Positions 58,879 through 64,000 of a stretch of 64,000 nucleotides of DNA are shown here, in pieces; position 1 is the first letter of the stretch; each line of letters opens with the position of its first letter. This stretch comes from an uncultured Blautia sp. (GTDB lineage Bacteria > Bacillota > Clostridia > Lachnospirales > Lachnospiraceae), in assembly GCA_900539525.1 (NCBI GenBank), contig UQCM01000009.1, positions 5,535 to 69,534 of the forward strand. Reading direction: 5' to 3'. The notes under the pieces are model-generated. The model was not told the DNA's origin. It saw only the letters and a program-made list of their open reading frames with translations, and did no database searches. The position numbers were made by a program, and so were the translations under genes.

Positions 58879-60744
58879 ATGATTTTAGAGAAAATAAATG
58901 AAGTAAATGACATCAAGAAGCTGGACAGCGGCGAGCTTCCGCTTCTGGCAGAGGAAATCAGGGACTTCCTGATCCAGAAGATCAGTCTTTCCGGAGGGCA
59001 TCTGGCTTCCAACCTGGGTGTTGTAGAGCTGACGATGGCATTACATCTTGCATTTGATCTTCCGGAGGACAAGCTGATCTGGGATGTCGGACATCAGTCC
59101 TATACCCATAAGCTGCTGACAGGAAGAAGAGAGGGATTCGACACGCTTCGGAAGTATGGCGGCATGAGCGGCTTCCCGAAGCGCAAGGAGAGCAGCTGTG
59201 ATGCCTTTGATACCGGACACAGCTCTACATCTATCTCAGCGGGGCTGGGCTATGCCAGAGCGCGGGATATCCGGGGCGAGGACTATCATGTCGTATCGGT
59301 CATCGGCGACGGTTCTCTGACCGGAGGAATGGCCTATGAGGCTTTGAACAATGCAGCCCGGATCAAATCAAACTTTATCATTGTTCTCAATGACAATAAT
59401 ATGTCCATCTCAGAAAATGTAGGAGGCATGTCCACCTATCTGGGAGATCTGCGGACGAATGAGGCTTACACCGGATTTAAAAGCGGTGTCACCAATACAC
59501 TGAACCGGATACCGGTATATGGTGAAAGAATCGTAAAGCGTTTACACAAGACAAAGAGCGGGATCAAGCAGCTCTTTATTCCAGGTATGCTTTTTGAGGA
59601 GATGGGGATCACCTATCTGGGTCCCGTAGACGGACACAATATCCAGCAGATGATCCGTGTATTTCAGGAGGCGAAGAAACTGGATGAAGCAGTACTGGTA
59701 CATGTCATTACGAAAAAAGGAAGGGGATACGCTCCTGCTGAACGCCATCCGGCCAGATTTCATGGGGCTGAACCTTTTGATATAGAAACAGGTCTTCCGA
59801 CCCATAAAAGGACGAAGGCGAATTACACAGATATCTTTTCAACGGTCATGAGAAAGCTGGGAGACAGAAATCCCAATGTGGTGGCGATCACGGCGGCGAT
59901 GCCGGATGGTACAGGACTGGCACGTTTCCGGAATATGTTTCCTGACCGGTTCTTTGACGTGGGGATCGCGGAAGAGCATGCCGTTACATTTGCGGCGGGT
60001 CTTGCGGCAGGAGGACTCATTCCTGTGGTTGCAGTCTACTCTTCCTTTTTACAGAGAGCATACGACCAGGTGCTGCACGATGTGTGCATCCAGAATCTTC
60101 ATGTCGTCTTTGCCATCGACCGGGCCGGTCTGGTGGGAAGTGACGGAGAGACGCATCAGGGAATCTTTGATCTGTCTTATCTGTCTACCATCCCGAATAT
60201 GTGCGTCATGGCGCCGAAGAATAAATGGGAGCTTTCTGACATGATGAAGTTTGCCGTGGATTACACAGGCCCGATCGCACTGCGCTACCCGAGAGGTGAG
60301 GCATATGACGGAATGCAGGAATTCCGCGCACCTGTCGTTTACGGGAAGAGCGAGGTGCTTTATGATGAAGAGGGCATCCTTCTTCTGGCCGTGGGAAGTA
60401 TGGTGAAGGTGGCAGATGAGGTGCGCCGGCACCTGAAAGAGCTGGGATATCCGTGTACGCTGGTCAATGCCAGATTTGTCAAGCCGATCGATGAGGATAT
60501 GCTTCTGGAGATGGAAAAGGAGCATAAGCTGATCGTTACCATGGAAGAAAATGTAAAGTGCGGCGGCTTTGGCGAACATGTACTTGATTTTTTAAGTGAG
60601 ATCGGAAGCAGGGCACGGGTGATTCAGGTGGCGCTGCCCGACGATTATATTGAGCATGGAAATGTGGATATTTTAAGAAAAGAAGCAGGCATTGATGCGG
60701 ATTCCATTGAGAAGCGCATTGTGGCAGAATATATAGGACTGTAA
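58879..60744 (+). CDS. dxs: 1-deoxy-D-xylulose-5-phosphate synthase
   Basis: DVGHQSYTHK and the TPP-binding GDGSLTGGMAYEALN. Confidence 0.9.
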   Translation: MILEKINEVNDIKKLDSGELPLLAEEIRDFLIQKISLSGGHLASNLGVVELTMALHLAFDLPEDKLIWDVGHQSYTHKLLTGRREGFDTLRKYGGMSGFPKRKESSCDAFDTGHSSTSISAGLGYARARDIRGEDYHVVSVIGDGSLTGGMAYEALNNAARIKSNFIIVLNDNNMSISENVGGMSTYLGDLRTNEAYTGFKSGVTNTLNRIPVYGERIVKRLHKTKSGIKQLFIPGMLFEEMGITYLGPVDGHNIQQMIRVFQEAKKLDEAVLVHVITKKGRGYAPAERHPARFHGAEPFDIETGLPTHKRTKANYTDIFSTVMRKLGDRNPNVVAITAAMPDGTGLARFRNMFPDRFFDVGIAEEHAVTFAAGLAAGGLIPVVAVYSSFLQRAYDQVLHDVCIQNLHVVFAIDRAGLVGSDGETHQGIFDLSYLSTIPNMCVMAPKNKWELSDMMKFAVDYTGPIALRYPRGEAYDGMQEFRAPVVYGKSEVLYDEEGILLLAVGSMVKVADEVRRHLKELGYPCTLVNARFVKPIDEDMLLEMEKEHKLIVTMEENVKCGGFGEHVLDFLSEIGSRARVIQVALPDDYIEHGNVDILRKEAGIDADSIEKRIVAEYIGL

Positions 60745-60755
60745 TAGGAGATATT

Positions 60756-61577
60756 ATGAAAGAGCGTTTGGACGTGCTGCTGGTAAAAAGAAACCTGGCT
60801 GCATCGAGGGAAAAGGCAAAAGCGATCATTATGTCCGGAAATGTATTTGTGGAGGGGCAGAGAGAGGATAAGGCCGGATCCATGTTTCAGGATACCGTGC
60901 AGATCGAGGTAAAGGGCAGCACCCTGAAATACGTGAGCCGTGGAGGCCTGAAGCTGGAAAAGGCAATGAGTCATTTTGATCTTACACTGGACGGAAAGGT
61001 CTGCATGGATGTGGGGTCCTCAACGGGAGGATTCACCGACTGCATGCTGCAGAATGGAGCGGTAAAGGTCTATGCGGTGGACGTCGGACACGGACAGCTG
61101 GACTGGAAGCTGCGTCAGGATGAGAGAGTCGTCTGCATGGAAAAGACGAATATCCGCTATGTGACACCGGAGGATATCCGGGAACCGGCAGCGTTTTCGT
61201 CCATCGATGTATCCTTTATCTCATTGACAAAGGTGCTGCTCCCTGTGAGAAATCTGCTGACAGAGGACGGAGAGATCGTCTGCCTGATCAAGCCCCAGTT
61301 TGAGGCAGGCAGAGAAAAGGTGGGAAAAAAAGGAGTCGTCAGGGACAGCCGTGTCCATGAAGAGGTGATCCGCAAGGTGCTGGAGTATGCAAAAAGCATA
61401 TCCTTCGAGGCGCTCCATCTGGAATTCTCACCGATCAAGGGGCCGGAGGGCAATATCGAATACCTTCTTCATCTGAAAAAGAGGGAAGAGGGAACAATCT
61501 GGGAAGCGGTTCCGTTTTCGATTGAAGAGACAGTGGCGGCGGCACATGAGAAACTGGACAAAACGCAGGTGGTGTAG
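60756..61577 (+). CDS. tlyA: TlyA-family rRNA 2'-O-methyltransferase
   Basis: S4 domain plus the FtsJ-like MTase motif VGSSTGGFTD. Confidence 0.8.
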   Translation: MKERLDVLLVKRNLAASREKAKAIIMSGNVFVEGQREDKAGSMFQDTVQIEVKGSTLKYVSRGGLKLEKAMSHFDLTLDGKVCMDVGSSTGGFTDCMLQNGAVKVYAVDVGHGQLDWKLRQDERVVCMEKTNIRYVTPEDIREPAAFSSIDVSFISLTKVLLPVRNLLTEDGEIVCLIKPQFEAGREKVGKKGVVRDSRVHEEVIRKVLEYAKSISFEALHLEFSPIKGPEGNIEYLLHLKKREEGTIWEAVPFSIEETVAAAHEKLDKTQVV

Positions 61578-62441
61578 ATGGACAAATTTTACATAATTAC
61601 AAACAGCGACAAGGATCCAAGACTTGAAACCGCCGGATTTGTCCGGGATTATCTTACTGAGAAGGGAAAAACCTGCATCATACAGGAGCAGAGCCAGACA
61701 GAAGCAGGCAGTTCCTATAAGTATACCGATGCCAAACAGATTCCGGGGGATGTCGATTGCGTATTGGTTGTCGGCGGTGACGGAACGCTTCTGCAGGCGT
61801 GCCGTGATCTGGTGGAAAAAGATCTGCGGCTGCTGGGCATCAATATGGGAACACTGGGATATCTGGCAGAGATCGAGCGGCAGAATGTGCAGCCGGCACT
61901 GGATAAACTGATACACGATGAATATGTGACGGAAAGCCGCATGATGCTTGAGGGAACCGTTAGCAGGAACGGGAAAAGGCTGATGGAGGACATGGCACTC
62001 AATGATATTGTGATCGGCAGGGACGGGAAGCCCCGGATCATTGATTTTAATATCTATGTCAATGGAGAGTTTCTGAATTCTTATAGTGCGGACGGAATCA
62101 TCGTTTCCACACCGACAGGTTCTACCGGCTACAGTCTGTCTGCCGGCGGTCCGATTGTCTCGCCGGAGGCATCCCTGATCCTGCTCAGTCCCATTGCTCC
62201 CCATACACTGAATACCAGAAGTATCGTGCTTCCGGATGATGTGGAAATCATGGTGGAGGTAAAGGAAGGGCACAGACGCGGGGAAGAAGGCGCTGTCGTG
62301 ACCTTTGACGGGGACACCTGTGTGAGCTTAAGATGTGCAGATCAGGTGGTGATCCGGAAATCATCCAGACATGCGAGACTGGTTAAAATCAATAATATCA
62401 GCTTCCTGGAGGTGCTCAGAAAGAAAATGAGCAGCCAGTAG
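61578..62441 (+). CDS. nadK: NAD kinase
   Basis: GGDGTLL motif. Confidence 0.85.
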   Translation: MDKFYIITNSDKDPRLETAGFVRDYLTEKGKTCIIQEQSQTEAGSSYKYTDAKQIPGDVDCVLVVGGDGTLLQACRDLVEKDLRLLGINMGTLGYLAEIERQNVQPALDKLIHDEYVTESRMMLEGTVSRNGKRLMEDMALNDIVIGRDGKPRIIDFNIYVNGEFLNSYSADGIIVSTPTGSTGYSLSAGGPIVSPEASLILLSPIAPHTLNTRSIVLPDDVEIMVEVKEGHRRGEEGAVVTFDGDTCVSLRCADQVVIRKSSRHARLVKINNISFLEVLRKKMSSQ

Positions 62442-62548
62442 GGAAGCGAAAGTCAAAGAAAACCCGAGAGTAGCAGCGCAATATGATGCGGAATGCATCA
62501 TATCTGTGCATCGCGAAGCGTGTTACTGGTCACGGAGTGAACAGTAAC
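62442..62548 (+). repeat. Family-2 MITE-like element, copy D, 5'-truncated, abutting the nadK stop codon
   Basis: Homologous to the 3' two-thirds of copies A-C. Right TIR GTGAACAGTAAC intact. Confidence 0.65.
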
Positions 62549-62579
62549 CATTCATGACGTATGGATTCAGGAGGGAACT

Positions 62580-63032
62580 ATGAAGATAGCGAGACATGCA
62601 AAAATAATCGACCTTATCAACCGCTATGATATAGAAACGCAGGAGGAGCTGGCAGAGCGTCTGAATAAAGAGGGATTTGCAGTTACACAGGCGACTGTAT
62701 CCAGAGATATCCGTGAATTAAAGCTGACAAAAATCTCTTTAAACGGAGGCAGACAGAAATATGCAGTGATGCATACCCACAGCACAAGTATGGATGAAAA
62801 ATACCTGCGTGTACTGAAGGATGGTTTTGTATCCATGGATATGGCACAGAACATTCTGGTGGTCAAGACGGTTTCGGGTATGGCCATGGCAGTGGCTGCT
62901 GCGATCGATGCCATGCACTGGACGGAGGTGGCTGGAAGTATTGCCGGAGACGATACCGTAATGTGTGCCATCCGCAGTGTGGATGATACCCTTCTGGTGA
63001 TGGACAAGATCAGCCGGATGGTCGGAAAGTAA
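62580..63032 (+). CDS. argR: Arginine repressor
   Basis: N-terminal wHTH (QEELAERLNKEGFAVTQATVSRDI) plus the oligomerisation domain. Confidence 0.85.
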   Translation: MKIARHAKIIDLINRYDIETQEELAERLNKEGFAVTQATVSRDIRELKLTKISLNGGRQKYAVMHTHSTSMDEKYLRVLKDGFVSMDMAQNILVVKTVSGMAMAVAAAIDAMHWTEVAGSIAGDDTVMCAIRSVDDTLLVMDKISRMVGK

Positions 63033-63060
63033 TAGAAACGGGAGAGAGTGGGAAGAGACT

Positions 63061-64000
63061 ATGTTATGGAACATTCATGTTAAAAATATGGCGTTGATAC
63101 AGGAGGTGGAGGTGGAACTCTCACCCGGCCTGAACATCCTCACCGGCGAGACAGGCGCAGGAAAATCTATCATCATCGGAGCAGTAAACGTCGCACTCGG
63201 GGCCGCATCTTTTAAGGGTTTTGCCAGAGAGGATGCGGACTATGCACTGGTCGAGCTCGTCTTTACAGTAGAAAATGATAAAATCAGGAAGCGGCTGCTG
63301 GAGCTTGATGTGCCTCTGGAGGATGATACTGTCATTATTTCCAGAAGGCTCACAAACGGAAGAAGTGTGAGCAAGGTGAACGGAGAGACGGTCACAGTGG
63401 CACGCATCCGTGAAATTGCAGAGGTGCTGATTGATATTCACGGGCAGCATGAGCATCAGTCCCTTCTGCACCGGAAAAATCATCTGACGATTCTCGATGA
63501 ATACGCGAAAGAAGAACTGGAGCCTTACCGCATCCAAAATGAAGAATTATACAGGAACTGGCAGGAGAACAGAAAAAAGCTCTCGGAAATGCAGACAGAT
63601 GAAACAGCCAGGGCCAAGGAAGCGGATTTCCTGCGGTTTGAGATCGATGAGATCGAGACAGCAGGCTTAACAGAGGGAGAAGATGAGAGACTGGAGGAAA
63701 ACTATCGCCGGATGGTAAACGGGAGAAAGATTTCAGAGGCGGCAGCTGAGATCTGCAGCCTGCTCTCTTCGGACGGTGGAGCCGCAGAGCTGACAGGCAG
63801 GGCGATCCGCAGCATGTCATCGATTGCTGAGCTGGACAGCACTGTTTCCGGCCTGAATGATCAGCTTTACGATATCGACAATCTCCTGAGTGATTTCAAC
63901 AGAGAGCTGTCCGGATATCTGGAGAGCTTAAGCTTTGATGAAGCAGAATTTTTCAGGACAGAGGAACGGCTGGATCTGATCAATCATTTAAAGGCAAAAT
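63061..64000 (+). CDS. recN: DNA repair protein RecN, N-terminal part; the 3' end lies outside the window
   Basis: MLWNIHVKNMALIQEVEVELSPGLNILTGETGAGKS. Not in the ORF track because it runs off the edge. Confidence 0.85.
   Translation, partial: MLWNIHVKNMALIQEVEVELSPGLNILTGETGAGKSIIIGAVNVALGAASFKGFAREDADYALVELVFTVENDKIRKRLLELDVPLEDDTVIISRRLTNGRSVSKVNGETVTVARIREIAEVLIDIHGQHEHQSLLHRKNHLTILDEYAKEELEPYRIQNEELYRNWQENRKKLSEMQTDETARAKEADFLRFEIDEIETAGLTEGEDERLEENYRRMVNGRKISEAAAEICSLLSSDGGAAELTGRAIRSMSSIAELDSTVSGLNDQLYDIDNLLSDFNRELSGYLESLSFDEAEFFRTEERLDLINHLKAK

Noticed and set aside
1-64000. Possible CRISPR array suggested by recurring GTTACTG…CAGTAAC motifs
   Set aside because: The repeats are dispersed over the whole window, vary in length from 27 to 155 bp, and are not arranged as regularly spaced direct repeats with unique spacers. 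No cas genes are present.

Overview
This 64-kb window reads as a chromosomal segment of a spore-forming Clostridia genome. I infer a Lachnospiraceae-like gut Firmicute, on the evidence of an Rnf complex, sigG/ymxH, cell-wall-binding repeats, and GGAGG-type ribosome-binding sites (RBS). No database search was possible.

Most of the window is housekeeping. It contains: polyphosphate metabolism (ppx-ppk); cmk-ispH-rpsA; a complete rnfCDGEAB operon with a convergent trpB2-apbE pair; galK-galT; ymxH-sigG-nrdR; a polar amino-acid ABC transporter; purF, purB and purA; prfC; and the conserved asp23-nusB-xseAB-ispA-dxs-tlyA-nadK-argR-recN block.

What stands out:
1. Two related families of about 150-bp MITE-like intergenic repeats that share a 12-bp terminal inverted repeat (TIR) core, GT(A/T)ACTGTTCA. 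There are at least 5 full or partial copies of each family, plus solo hairpins that appear to serve as terminators. One copy supplies the last 14 codons of rnfB.
2. A three-gene cluster of uncharacterised cytoplasmic proteins after nrdR: a giant 1187-aa protein, an Hsp70/actin-fold protein, and a small helical protein.
3. A MoxR-like AAA+ ATPase paired with a VWA-domain protein.
4. A DUF815-type ATPase and a PF06541-type membrane protein flanking ppx-ppk, with a paralogue of the membrane protein directly upstream of rnfC.
5. A 1.9-kaa secreted GH31 enzyme with CBM32, FIVAR and BspA-LRR modules.
6. A long structured purB leader carrying a 6-codon uORF (MKEIRP-stop).

No rRNA, tRNA, CRISPR array or transposase gene was seen. 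The supplied ORF track uses GTG/TTG starts for several ORFs, so I re-derived the start of most ORFs by hand from ATG plus RBS.
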